Positions 9,053 to 18,383 of a stretch of 64,000 nucleotides of DNA are shown here, piece after piece. Every line of letters begins with the position of its first letter. The first letter of the stretch is position 1. The DNA comes from Flavobacteriales bacterium (GTDB taxonomy: Bacteria; Bacteroidota; Bacteroidia; Flavobacteriales_F; PHOS-HE28): positions 69,636 to 133,635 of the forward strand of contig JADJXF010000013.1 in NCBI GenBank assembly GCA_016715995.1. The letters run 5' to 3'. A program made the translations under genes and the position numbers. The notes under the pieces are model-generated. The model was not told the origin of the DNA. It did no database searches and saw nothing but the letters and a program-made list of their open reading frames with translations.

Positions 9053-10722
9053 CAGAAAGTGACGTTGGCTTCAACCTCCACTCCTGCGCGGAGCACCTTC
9101 ACCTTGGCCGTATCGCCCTTGTTGAATTGGGCAAGCGCTTTCATGTAACCCATCATGTCGTTCACGTCGATTGTGCCGAGCTTCACCACCACATCGCCCA
9201 CTCTCAACCCCGCATTCGCCGCAGGCTTGCCCTCGGTGATGCCATCGATGCGCATGCCCTTGCCGTCGAACATGTAGTCCGGCACCACACCCAAGGTGAC
9301 TTTGAAGCGAGGGGTGTCCTCGGTGTTCACCTCCTCGGTCTTGGTGAAGGCGAGTTTGCCATCATCATTCAGCGTAGTGATCAGCGATTCGATGAAGCGT
9401 GTGGCGCGCAGCATGCCGGGGTAGTTCACCTTCTCCTCATCGTCGGTGGGCTTGTGGTAGTCGGCGTGGGTGCCGGTGAAGAAGTGGATGGCGGGCACCC
9501 CTTGCAGGTAGAAGCTGGTGTGGTCGCTCGGCCCGATGCCGCTGGTGGTTGTCTTCACCTTCAGGTCGCCAACAAGGATCCGCTCCACCTCGGCCCATGC
9601 CGGCGAGGTGCCAACGCCGTTGATGCCAATGCTGCCCGTGCTGTCCAGTCGCCCCACCATGTCGAGATTGATCATGTAGTTGAGCTCGGCGATGGGCACC
9701 GTGGGGTTCTTGGTCCAGTAGTTCGAGCCGTACAGCCCCTTCTCCTCTCCGCTGAACGCGATGAAGAGGTAGTCGTTGGCGCGGGCCTGGTCCATCTCCG
9801 CGAGGTCGCGCGCCAATTGCAGCATCACGGCGATGCCGCTGGCGTTGTCGTCGGCGCCATTGTGGATGGCCTTCTCTCCTCGGTGCAACGAGCCCTCATC
9901 ACCCCATCCCAGATGATCAAGGTGCGCCCCGATGACCACCACGTTCTGAGAGCCGTTATCAATCATGCCCACCACGTTATAGGCGGTGCGCTCCTCGCGC
10001 ACGATGTCCACATTGATGGCGCATGGGTTGTTGTCTAACACGAGCTGCTCATAGAGCTCGCCCGTAAGGAAGACCACAGGTATGCCAATGGACTTCACCT
10101 TGGCGCTGAGGCGGGGCTCCGGCGTAGGCGCGGTGGGGTCGTCGTTGAAGAAGAGCACGGCAGCGGCTCCGTGGTCTGCGGCTTTCTGCGCGCGCGCTTG
10201 CAGGTCGTGGTGCGCGAGATACTTGCTGTGCGGGTGTATGCCATCGGGCGAGCTCACGCTGAAGGCCACGATGCGGTCCTTGAAGTCTGCGCTGTCTGGA
10301 TAATCCATGCGGCTGAGCTCCGGCGCCACGATGCCGTACTCGAGCTTCAGGATCTTGCCGCGCACCGGGCCCGAAGCAGAGAATGCCAACGGATACCATT
10401 CCTCGCCCGCCTTCAACTTGCGGCGCCCGAGCTGCATGGTGTTCTTCTCACCAAGCTTGGGGTCAGCGTTGAAGGTGAAGGCTTGGAGATAGGTTGCGTC
10501 GTCGCCGTAGGGCATGAGGCCCACATTGCCATACTTGGCGGCGATGTAGTCCACAGCGAGCCGTTCACCAGGAGTGCCGGCCTCGCGGCCTTCGAGCAGG
10601 TCGCTGGCGAGGTACTTCACATCGTATCGCATCTGCTCCAGCGCTTCGGCGTCGGACTGCAGCTGAGCGGAACCAGCGGCGCACAGCAGAAGGGCGCCGC
10701 TCAGGGAGAGTGTCTTTCGCAT
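9052..10722 (-). CDS. Secreted M28-family zinc aminopeptidase with an inserted PA domain and a C-terminal PDZ domain
   Basis: The track ORF 9052..10746 is trimmed here to the Met preceding the signal peptide MRKTLSLSGALLLCAAGSAQ. M28 zinc ligand motifs are present: GAHLDHLGWG, ADDNASG, GEEKGLYGS, DHTSFY. The C-terminal PDZ-like region reads GDVVVKLGTIDV...VKVLRAG. Confidence 0.8.
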   Translation of the reverse strand: MRKTLSLSGALLLCAAGSAQLQSDAEALEQMRYDVKYLASDLLEGREAGTPGERLAVDYIAAKYGNVGLMPYGDDATYLQAFTFNADPKLGEKNTMQLGRRKLKAGEEWYPLAFSASGPVRGKILKLEYGIVAPELSRMDYPDSADFKDRIVAFSVSSPDGIHPHSKYLAHHDLQARAQKAADHGAAAVLFFNDDPTAPTPEPRLSAKVKSIGIPVVFLTGELYEQLVLDNNPCAINVDIVREERTAYNVVGMIDNGSQNVVVIGAHLDHLGWGDEGSLHRGEKAIHNGADDNASGIAVMLQLARDLAEMDQARANDYLFIAFSGEEKGLYGSNYWTKNPTVPIAELNYMINLDMVGRLDSTGSIGINGVGTSPAWAEVERILVGDLKVKTTTSGIGPSDHTSFYLQGVPAIHFFTGTHADYHKPTDDEEKVNYPGMLRATRFIESLITTLNDDGKLAFTKTEEVNTEDTPRFKVTLGVVPDYMFDGKGMRIDGITEGKPAANAGLRVGDVVVKLGTIDVNDMMGYMKALAQFNKGDTAKVKVLRAGVEVEANVTF

Positions 10723-10791
10723 GGGCCGCCGAAGATACCCGACCATACCTTCGGGCTTCGATCGCGCGTTCTTCGCGTATCAAACCGCACC

Positions 10792-11019
10792 ATGAAAAGC
10801 CTCTTCGTCGCCCTTGCCGGTTTCCTGGCGTTCCTCTACCTGCTGAATCCCACATTCGGCGTCTTCGAGCTGCTGCCGGACAACCTGCCGCTGGTGGGCA
10901 ACATCGACGATGCCACCGCGACCGTGGTGCTGCTGGGCGCGCTGCGCTACTTCGGCTACGACCTCACCCATCTCTTCCGCAAACGCACCGCGCTGGATTT
11001 CGGGACGCAGACACCCTGA
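10792..11019 (+). CDS. Small membrane protein of the DUF1232 (YkvA-like) type
   Basis: This is the in-frame 75 aa tail of track ORF 10171..11019, starting at MKSLFVALAGFLAFLYLL. The motif LLPDNLPLVGNIDDATA resembles the DUF1232 signature. The upstream part of the track ORF is antisense to the peptidase gene. Confidence 0.5.
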   Translation: MKSLFVALAGFLAFLYLLNPTFGVFELLPDNLPLVGNIDDATATVVLLGALRYFGYDLTHLFRKRTALDFGTQTP

Positions 11020-11022
11020 GTC

Positions 11023-12867
11023 ATGCGCTGGGGCCTGATTTTACCGATCGGCCTGCTGGCCGCGTGCTCGAATCCGGCAGACCGCGCGGTGAACCGCTGG
11101 GCGGATGAAAGGTTCTGGGCTTTGCTGGAAGCGCAGGACCTCCGTGATACCGAGAGGCTGTGCGCCCTTATGGAGGACAGCTCAGCGCTTGTTCGTGAAT
11201 CGGCAGCGCTCGCCTTTGCCAGCGCGCAATCGTCCGTTTCCATTCCATGCCTGCTCAAGGCGCTCAATGATCCGCAGCCTCGGGTGCGCGCCACCGCCGC
11301 TTTCGCGCTGGGCTTCGTGGCCGACAGTTCCGTTTGGAGCGAATTGCCGGACATCGCGATGAACGAGACGGACACTGCGGTGCAGCGTGCGCTGCTCAGC
11401 GCGTCCTTCCTGGCCATGCAGCGTACGGGCCGGCTCACGGACCCCAATGCCATCCTGCATTACCTGCGCAGCAGCCATGGGCATGAGCGGGTGCGCGCCG
11501 CCGATGCGCTGCGGCGCCTGTCGGACAGCCTTGTGCAGAAGGCGGGGAGCGACATCAACGCGATGATGAGCCAGGAAGGCACGGAGGTGAGGCAGTTCCT
11601 GATCCTCGCCATGCGCAAGCTGGGTACGTCCGCCGACATCGCGGAACTTCAGCGCATCGCGAGGGAGGGAATCGACTTCGGCGAGCGGGTGAACGCCGTG
11701 CGAGTCTGTGGCAAACTCATGGAGGGTGGGGATGGTGAGCGGCTCCTGTGGAACGCGGTATGGGACGAAGCAGCAGGTGATGCCGCGTTGGCTTGGCTGG
11801 CCGAGCGCTTACAAGTGGATGCACGCGCCAGCTTGCGCCACGCGCTCGAAAGCCCGGACACGCTGATGCGAATCGCGATGCTCGGGCTGGCCATGAAGCA
11901 CGGTGAGGAGCGAACGGCGGATAGCGCACGGGCGATGCTGAACGCCATCGCGGCTGTGGAGCGCGACGCCTTTCGAAGAGCGGCCGTCACCGCTGCGCGC
12001 GCCGAGGCTCCGCAGGAAGGGGACTTGTCAGCCTTCGTTGATTTGATGCAAGGCGATCTGCATCCGATGGAACGGCAGGCCGCGTTCCAAGGCGCCATGC
12101 GCATCGTGCGTGGCATCATGATGCGTTCGCGCTATGCTTCACGGGAGGCGCAGTACGCGCAGCTCAGCGAGGTGGCGGGCGTAGCGCTAAGCTCCGGCGA
12201 TGCGGGGCTCATCAGCGCAGCGGCGGAGTTGATCGCGGCCGAGGAGAGCGATGCGATTCGCCTGCTGCTTCCGCCGGCGCTCGAATCGAAGGCCCGCTCG
12301 GCACTGGAACCCCTCCGTGACCTGGAGGCGCTGCTGTTGCTGGACCAGGCTGTCGCCAAACGAGACGGCTTGCCAAGGCCCGCTCATCGCGCTCCACCAT
12401 TCAACCACCCGATCGATAAGGCGAAACTCCGGACATTGAAGCAGGGTCAGCGCTACCGCATCGTCACCAACAAAGGCGTCATCGTCATCGCAACGGATGT
12501 GGATGAGTGCCCCGGCAGCAGCCTCGCTTTCGACTCGCTTGTTACCGCAGGCTATTACAACGGCAAGGCCTTCCACCGCGTGGTGCCCAACTTCGTCATT
12601 CAAGGGGGCTGCCCGCGCGGCGATGGTTACGGCGGCATGCCTTGGACGCTGCGCACCGAGATTGGCCGTTCCTCCTTCACCGCTGGCTCAGTCGGGCTGG
12701 CGAGCGCTGGCCGCGATACGGAGAGCTGCCAGTTCTTCATCACTCACAGCGTCGCCCCGCATTTGGATGGCCGCTATACGCGCTTCGGCGAGGTGGTGGA
12801 GGGGATGGAGGTGGTGTGGAGGATCCAGGTGGGGGACCGGATGCTCCGAGTGGAGCAGGTGATGTAA
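11023..12867 (+). CDS. Lipoprotein fusing HEAT/PBS-lyase-like repeats to a C-terminal cyclophilin-type peptidyl-prolyl isomerase domain
   Basis: 614 aa with lipobox LLAACS. There are multiple helical repeats of the form VRxxAAxALG. The C-terminus FHRVVPNFVIQGGCPRGDGYGG...GSVGLASAGRDTESCQFFITHSVAPHLDGRYTRFGEVVEGMEVV is a cyclophilin PPIase signature. Confidence 0.75.
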   Translation: MRWGLILPIGLLAACSNPADRAVNRWADERFWALLEAQDLRDTERLCALMEDSSALVRESAALAFASAQSSVSIPCLLKALNDPQPRVRATAAFALGFVADSSVWSELPDIAMNETDTAVQRALLSASFLAMQRTGRLTDPNAILHYLRSSHGHERVRAADALRRLSDSLVQKAGSDINAMMSQEGTEVRQFLILAMRKLGTSADIAELQRIAREGIDFGERVNAVRVCGKLMEGGDGERLLWNAVWDEAAGDAALAWLAERLQVDARASLRHALESPDTLMRIAMLGLAMKHGEERTADSARAMLNAIAAVERDAFRRAAVTAARAEAPQEGDLSAFVDLMQGDLHPMERQAAFQGAMRIVRGIMMRSRYASREAQYAQLSEVAGVALSSGDAGLISAAAELIAAEESDAIRLLLPPALESKARSALEPLRDLEALLLLDQAVAKRDGLPRPAHRAPPFNHPIDKAKLRTLKQGQRYRIVTNKGVIVIATDVDECPGSSLAFDSLVTAGYYNGKAFHRVVPNFVIQGGCPRGDGYGGMPWTLRTEIGRSSFTAGSVGLASAGRDTESCQFFITHSVAPHLDGRYTRFGEVVEGMEVVWRIQVGDRMLRVEQVM

Positions 12868-12941
12868 CGTCGGCAGCGCCTGCCCAACTATCTTTCCCAC
12901 GCTGCCAGGCGGCACCGCGCACCGCCGATCGGCTTACCCCG

Positions 12942-15695
12942 ATGCCCTCCCTCACCGACACCCGGCTGCGACAGCATTACAATGCTGCCCGGCTGCGCTC
13001 CCACACGTGGGACCAGCTCAAGCTGGCTGCGATGGACCTCGATGAGGGGCGCGGCGCTCCGGAGGAAGTGGCGGCTATCCTGAACGACCTGCACTCCATC
13101 GAGCTCTACTGGGCCTATCCCGGGCGCGAGACCGTTCGCCGCCTGCAAGAGATGCTGCGCACGAGGGAGCACCATGGGCTGCACCTCGCGGTGAACAATG
13201 TGGTGCGTGTCCTCAGCAGCGGGGCCTTCCGCAGCGATCCGGCCTCCTTGGCCGACCCGCTCTCCGGTGCGCGCGAGCTGCTGGCCGAGGAAGAGGAGAA
13301 GCCCAAGCCCAACTACTTCGAGGTGCTCTTCGTGGATGAGCTGGATGCGGAAGAGGAAGCAGCGCTGAGGCAGAAGCTGCACAAGTGCCGGGACAAGAGC
13401 GACGCCTTCGTGTACGATGCTCTCGTGGTGCGCACGGTGCAGGATGCGCTCATCGCGCTGCTCTTCAACCACAACATCCAGGCGGTGGTGGCGCGCTTCG
13501 GGGTGCCCTTCGCAAGCGCCAACAACGGCGGCGTGCTGCGCGAATTCACGCGGGCCATCGACGCCCTCGAACCAGGGAGCCTAGGCCGTGCTCACATGGG
13601 TCCGTTCCTTGGCCGCCTCACGCGGTGGTTCCGGCCCGAAGTGGACCGCTATTACGTCACCGACACTCCGCTCCCCGAGCTCGAGGACGCCACCCTCGCC
13701 AGCTTCCGCCGCATCTTCTATCGCACCGAGGACCTCACCGAGCTGCACCTCCCTATTCTCCGCGGCATCCAGGAGAGGTACGAGACGCCCTTCTTCACCG
13801 CGCTGAAGGAATACAGCAAGCGACCGATGGGCGTCTTCCACGCCATGCCGATCAGCCGCGGCAACAGCGTGTTCAAGAGCCGGTGGATCCAGGACTTCGG
13901 CGAGTTCTACGGGCGCAACCTCTTCCTCGCGGAGACCAGTGCCACCACAGGCGGACTCGACTCGCTGCTGCAGCCCACCGGCCCGTTGAAGAGGGCGCAG
14001 GAGCTGGCTGCGCGCGCCTTCGGGAGCCAGCAGACCTTCTTCGCCACCAACGGCACCAGCTCCAGCAACAAGATCGTGGTGCAAGCCCTGGTGGAGCCGG
14101 GCGACATCGTGCTCATCGACCGCGACTGCCACAAGAGCCACCACTACGGCATGGTGCTCAGTGGCGCCTACCCCGTTTACCTGCACAGCTTTCCCTTGAA
14201 GAAGTACAGCATGTACGGCGCGGTTCCGTTGGAGCACATCCGCGACCAGCTCTTCAAGCTGAAGAAGGCCGGCCGCCTCGACAAGGTGAAGATGCTGCTG
14301 CTCACCAACAGCACCTTCGATGGTGTGGTGTACAATGTGGAGCGTGTGATGGAACAGGTCCTCGCGATCAAGCCGGACATCGTGTTCCTCTGGGATGAGG
14401 CCTGGTGGGCATTCGGACGTTTCAGCTATGTGCTGCGCCAACGCACGGCCATGCATGTGGCGCAGAAGCTCGCCCGCAAGTACCGCGCGCTCGAGTACAA
14501 GGCTGCGTACGCGAGGCACATCGCTTCCTTGAAGTCGGGTGAGGCGCCGCGCCTGCCGGACCCCGACAAGGTGCGCATCCGCGTGTATGCCACGCAGAGC
14601 ACGCATAAGACGCTCACCTCGCTGCGCCAAGGGAGCATGATTCACATCTGGGATGAGGACTTCGCGCGCAAGAGCGAGGCCAGCTTCCACGAGGCGTACA
14701 TGACGCACACCAGCACCAGCGCCAACTACCAGATCCTCGCGAGCATGGACGTGGGTCGCCGTCAGGTCGAATTCGAAGGCTTTGAGTTGGTCGAGAAGGC
14801 CATAGAACTTGGATTGTTGCTTCGCCGCACGGTGCGCGAGCATCCGAAGCTGAAGCGCTGGTTCGATATCATCACCATCGGTGAGCTGATACCCGGCGCC
14901 TACCGACAGAGCGGACTCGACAGCTATTACCGCCGTGACCAGGGATGGAACGAGATCGAGAAGGCATGGGCGGAGGATGAGTTCGCCGTGGACCCCACCA
15001 AGATCAACCTGTACACCGGCAAGACCGGCATCGATGGCGACACCTTCAAGAACAAGTTCTTGATGGACAAGCACCAGATCCAGATCAACAAGACCTCGCG
15101 CAACTCGGTGCTCTTCATGACCAACATCGGCACCACGCGCGGTTCATTGGCTTACCTCACCAAGGTGCTGCTGCAGATCGCCGAGGAGCTGGAGCAGCGC
15201 AATGCGGGCTTCGAGCCCGACGACAAGCGCGCCCACCTCGACAAGATCCGCACGCTCGTGGAGGAGGTTCCGCCCCTGCCGGACTTCTCCAGCTTCCACC
15301 GCAGCTTCCAAGGGCAGCCTGGTGTCCCCGGTGGCGACCTGCGATCGGCCTATTTCCTCGCATACGACGAGAAGCGCTGCGAGCACGTGAAGCTCGCGGA
15401 CAGCTTGGCGGCGCTGCGCAGCGAACGTGAGTTGGTCTCGGCCAGCTTTGTGATCCCCTATCCGCCCGGCTTCCCGGTGCTGGTGCCTGGGCAGGTCATC
15501 AACCAGGAGATCATCGACTTTCTGCTGGCGCTGGATGTGAAGGAGATTCACGGCTACCGGCCGGAGCTCGGCCTGCGTGTGTTCACCGAGGCAGCGCTTG
15601 GCAGGCAACGGACAACGACGGCGATGGGGGGGATGCGTGCGCCGACAACGCCCCCTGCGAATGGCGTAGGCCGGAAGAAGACCAAACGACCATGA
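12942..15695 (+). CDS. PLP-dependent Orn/Lys/Arg decarboxylase family enzyme (fold type I, OKR_DC_1-like) with an N-terminal extension of about 120 aa
   Basis: The start is set at MPSLTDTRL within track ORF 12507..15695, whose 5' part overlaps the upstream gene. The wing domain reads YFEVLFVDEL... The major domain reads FHAMPISRGNSVF...ATNGTSSSNKIVVQALVEPGDIVLIDRDCHKSHHYG. The PLP-lysine motif ATQSTHKTLTSLRQGSMIH is present. The C-terminus ends GRKKTKRP. Confidence 0.8.
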   Translation: MPSLTDTRLRQHYNAARLRSHTWDQLKLAAMDLDEGRGAPEEVAAILNDLHSIELYWAYPGRETVRRLQEMLRTREHHGLHLAVNNVVRVLSSGAFRSDPASLADPLSGARELLAEEEEKPKPNYFEVLFVDELDAEEEAALRQKLHKCRDKSDAFVYDALVVRTVQDALIALLFNHNIQAVVARFGVPFASANNGGVLREFTRAIDALEPGSLGRAHMGPFLGRLTRWFRPEVDRYYVTDTPLPELEDATLASFRRIFYRTEDLTELHLPILRGIQERYETPFFTALKEYSKRPMGVFHAMPISRGNSVFKSRWIQDFGEFYGRNLFLAETSATTGGLDSLLQPTGPLKRAQELAARAFGSQQTFFATNGTSSSNKIVVQALVEPGDIVLIDRDCHKSHHYGMVLSGAYPVYLHSFPLKKYSMYGAVPLEHIRDQLFKLKKAGRLDKVKMLLLTNSTFDGVVYNVERVMEQVLAIKPDIVFLWDEAWWAFGRFSYVLRQRTAMHVAQKLARKYRALEYKAAYARHIASLKSGEAPRLPDPDKVRIRVYATQSTHKTLTSLRQGSMIHIWDEDFARKSEASFHEAYMTHTSTSANYQILASMDVGRRQVEFEGFELVEKAIELGLLLRRTVREHPKLKRWFDIITIGELIPGAYRQSGLDSYYRRDQGWNEIEKAWAEDEFAVDPTKINLYTGKTGIDGDTFKNKFLMDKHQIQINKTSRNSVLFMTNIGTTRGSLAYLTKVLLQIAEELEQRNAGFEPDDKRAHLDKIRTLVEEVPPLPDFSSFHRSFQGQPGVPGGDLRSAYFLAYDEKRCEHVKLADSLAALRSERELVSASFVIPYPPGFPVLVPGQVINQEIIDFLLALDVKEIHGYRPELGLRVFTEAALGRQRTTTAMGGMRAPTTPPANGVGRKKTKRP

Positions 15696-17347
15696 GTAAG
15701 AAGACCAAGAAAGCCGCCATGCGCAAAGGCAAGGGGGTTACTCCGAAGCGGAAGGCCGTAAGACGCGCTCCGGTTAGGGCCGCCAAGCCCGTTCGGAAAG
15801 CCGCACCTGCAAAGAGGACGGTGACACGCCCGGCAAAGATGTCTTCATCCCGCACCCGAGGGAAGAAGCCCGCCAACCTCCTCAGAGGCATCAGCGACAT
15901 CCGCCGTTTCTTCTACCGGAACGAAACGCCGATCTACTTCATCAGCGCCACCAACTTCAACCTGCTCGGCGCGGACGAGTGGATCAAGGGCTTCAAGTTC
16001 ATCACCTACATCGATTGCTTCGATGGGCTGCACCCGAACCTGATGAGCCCGAAGACCGAGGAGCCGCACGAGGAGTTCCAGAGCATCGAGGACATCAACA
16101 ACTACCTGCTCACGCACAGTGAGGTGCGCGATTTCATCGAGAGCCGGAAGATGAACGGGAAGAACGGCAAAGCGCTCTTCCTGATGTTCGATGAGAAGAC
16201 CGAAGCACTGGCGAAGAAGGCCGGGCTCGAAGTGATCTTCCCTCCCGCCAAACTGCGCAGCTGGCTGGACAACAAGGTGAACACCAACCGCGTGGCCGAG
16301 AAGGCTGGCGTGCCCTGCGTGCCTTACGTGCTCCATCCGGTGAAGAACTTCGAGCACCTGATGCAGGTCGCTGCGAAGGGCAAGCTCGGCAACGACCTCG
16401 TGGTGCAAACGCCCTACGGCGACAGTGGCCACACCACCTTCTTCATCAAGACCAAGGAGGAATACGCCAAGTACGCGGAGGAGATCGAGGCGGAGAAGGA
16501 GTGCAAGATCATGAAGCGCATCAACTGTCGCGGTGCGGCCATGGAAGCATGCGTTACGCGGCATGGCACCATCGTGGCGCCGTTGATGACGGAGCTGGTC
16601 GGCTTCAAGGAACTTACTCCATACAAAGGCGGCTGGTGCGGTAACGAGATCTTCAGCGACACCTTCACTCCGAAGATCCGCGCGAAGGCCCGCAAGTACG
16701 CACGCCTCTTCGGCGATCAACTGCGCAAGGAGGGCTACAAGGGCTATTTCGAGCTCGATTACCTCATCGACAAGGACAACGGCGAGATCTACCTGGGTGA
16801 ACTGAACCCGCGCGTTACGGGCGCGAGCAGCATCACCAACCACGCGGTCTTCGCACTGAGCGACATGCCGCTGCACCTCTTCCATACACTGGAATGGATG
16901 AACGTGCCGTACGAGATCAGCGTGAACGCGCTCAATCGCCGCTGGGCCAAAGAGGAGAACATCGACACCTGGGGCCAGATGGTGATCAAGTACACCACGG
17001 ATGATGTGCAACGCGTGACCGAAGCTCCGCGCAGCGGCATCTGGCGCATGCGCGAGGATGGCAGCATCTACTTCTGGCGCATGGACACGCACCGCCGCTA
17101 CGTAGAGAAGGACAACGAGGCCTTCTTCCTGCGGATCACGCGTCCCGGCGATTGGTTCTACGAAGGCGCCGATATGGGCATCCTCGTGATGCGCGGCCGC
17201 ATGATGACCGACGATTTCAAATTGACCGAGCGCTCAAAGAAATGGCTGGCGGCGATTCGCACGCAGTTCAAGAGCGTGGCACCGGGTGCGCACAGCGCGA
17301 ACGGACATGAGCATCTCTTGGAGATCGGTGGTTTCAAAATGATGTGA
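15692..17347 (+). CDS. ATP-grasp superfamily ligase (carboxylate-amine ligase type) with a ~60 aa Lys/Arg-rich N-terminal tail
   Basis: 551 aa. The start overlaps the decarboxylase stop (ATGA), suggesting translational coupling. The N-terminus MSKKTKKAAMRKGKGVTPKRKAVRRAPVRAAKPVRKAAPAKR is strongly basic. The ATP-grasp core includes NKVNTNRVAEKAGVP and GYFELDYLIDKDNGEIYLGELNPRVTGASS, the latter resembling the E-x-N-P-R motif of CPSase/biotin-carboxylase-type ATP-grasp enzymes. Confidence 0.7.
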   Translation: MSKKTKKAAMRKGKGVTPKRKAVRRAPVRAAKPVRKAAPAKRTVTRPAKMSSSRTRGKKPANLLRGISDIRRFFYRNETPIYFISATNFNLLGADEWIKGFKFITYIDCFDGLHPNLMSPKTEEPHEEFQSIEDINNYLLTHSEVRDFIESRKMNGKNGKALFLMFDEKTEALAKKAGLEVIFPPAKLRSWLDNKVNTNRVAEKAGVPCVPYVLHPVKNFEHLMQVAAKGKLGNDLVVQTPYGDSGHTTFFIKTKEEYAKYAEEIEAEKECKIMKRINCRGAAMEACVTRHGTIVAPLMTELVGFKELTPYKGGWCGNEIFSDTFTPKIRAKARKYARLFGDQLRKEGYKGYFELDYLIDKDNGEIYLGELNPRVTGASSITNHAVFALSDMPLHLFHTLEWMNVPYEISVNALNRRWAKEENIDTWGQMVIKYTTDDVQRVTEAPRSGIWRMREDGSIYFWRMDTHRRYVEKDNEAFFLRITRPGDWFYEGADMGILVMRGRMMTDDFKLTERSKKWLAAIRTQFKSVAPGAHSANGHEHLLEIGGFKMM

Positions 17348-17360
17348 GGACGAAGGGAGC

Positions 17361-18353
17361 ATGTACGTACACCTGAAACTTGTGAAGGAGCCGTGGCCGA
17401 GCGATCGGTGGCAGACCTTCTTCGACCGCGCTTGGCCGCTGTTCAAGATCTGGTACGAGAGCGAAGGCCTAGAGAAGCGCCCCGACCTGGTGACCTGCCG
17501 AAGCATGCTGGAGCTGCACATGCCCGAATTGATCCCGGTCTACAATTCGCTGTGTCGCATCGCGAAGGACGATGATGTCGCATCGCGCTTCCTGAGCATG
17601 TGGTGCCCGCCGCCCTACATGGCCGGCTGCTCGCAAGTCGCTTGGACGAAAGGCGCGCCCACGCTCATCCGCAACTACGACTTCGACCCCCGCTACTTCG
17701 ATGGCCGCATGCGCTACAGCGAGTATGTGAAACCGGTCATCGGCATCCAAGACAGCGGGTGGGGCTTGCTCGATGGCATGAACAGCGATGGCCTGGCCTT
17801 AGCGCTCGCTTTCGGCGGAAGGAAGGTGTGGGGAACAGGCTTCGGCATCCCGCTGGTGATCCGCTATGTGCTGGAGACGTGCAGCACCACAGATGAGGCG
17901 TGCATTGTGCTCTCGCGAATCCCGGTGCACATGGGCTACAACGTCACAGTGGTGGACAAGAGCGGGAAGTACGCCACCGTGTACATGAACCACGACCGTC
18001 CGGCACAGGTGGTCTATCAGGCCGTGGCATGCAACCACCAGCATCAGGTGGAATGGGATGAATATGCCGCGTTCACGAACACAATCGAACGCAAGCACTT
18101 CCTGGAGCACAGCATCGCGCAGCCCAAGCTCACCCGCGCACAGCTGATCAAGCAGTTCCTGAAGCCGCCGCTCTACAGCCAGCAATACCTGCGCGGCTTC
18201 GGCACGCTCTACACAGCGGCCTACGATGTGGCCAAGGGGCGGGTGCAGATCATCTGGCCGGAGAAGCAGGTGGAGGCGAGCTTCAAACGGTTTGAGGAAC
18301 AGGAGGTGCAGGTTGTGCTCTTGAAGCCCGTGGGCCGGTACTTGGCCAAGTAG
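17361..18353 (+). CDS. C45-family Ntn hydrolase / acyl-CoA:6-aminopenicillanic-acid acyltransferase-like protein
   Basis: 330 aa. A Gly-Cys self-processing and nucleophile site lies in MWCPPPYMAGCSQVAW. The sequence has an Ntn-hydrolase-like alternating beta pattern (GWGLLDGMNSDGLALALAFGG, YNVTVVDKSGKYATVYM). Confidence 0.6.
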   Translation: MYVHLKLVKEPWPSDRWQTFFDRAWPLFKIWYESEGLEKRPDLVTCRSMLELHMPELIPVYNSLCRIAKDDDVASRFLSMWCPPPYMAGCSQVAWTKGAPTLIRNYDFDPRYFDGRMRYSEYVKPVIGIQDSGWGLLDGMNSDGLALALAFGGRKVWGTGFGIPLVIRYVLETCSTTDEACIVLSRIPVHMGYNVTVVDKSGKYATVYMNHDRPAQVVYQAVACNHQHQVEWDEYAAFTNTIERKHFLEHSIAQPKLTRAQLIKQFLKPPLYSQQYLRGFGTLYTAAYDVAKGRVQIIWPEKQVEASFKRFEEQEVQVVLLKPVGRYLAK

Positions 18354-18383
18354 TCCCTCGCCAGAGGGCGGTACTTTTGGGCC

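Noticed and set aside
13581-15074. 497-aa ORF antisense to the decarboxylase; likewise 15845..17092, 12888..13472 and 17799..18542 antisense to the cluster genes
   Set aside because: The sense-strand products carry clear PLP-decarboxylase, ATP-grasp and C45 motifs. The antisense ORFs are Arg/Ala/His-rich and have no domain signatures.
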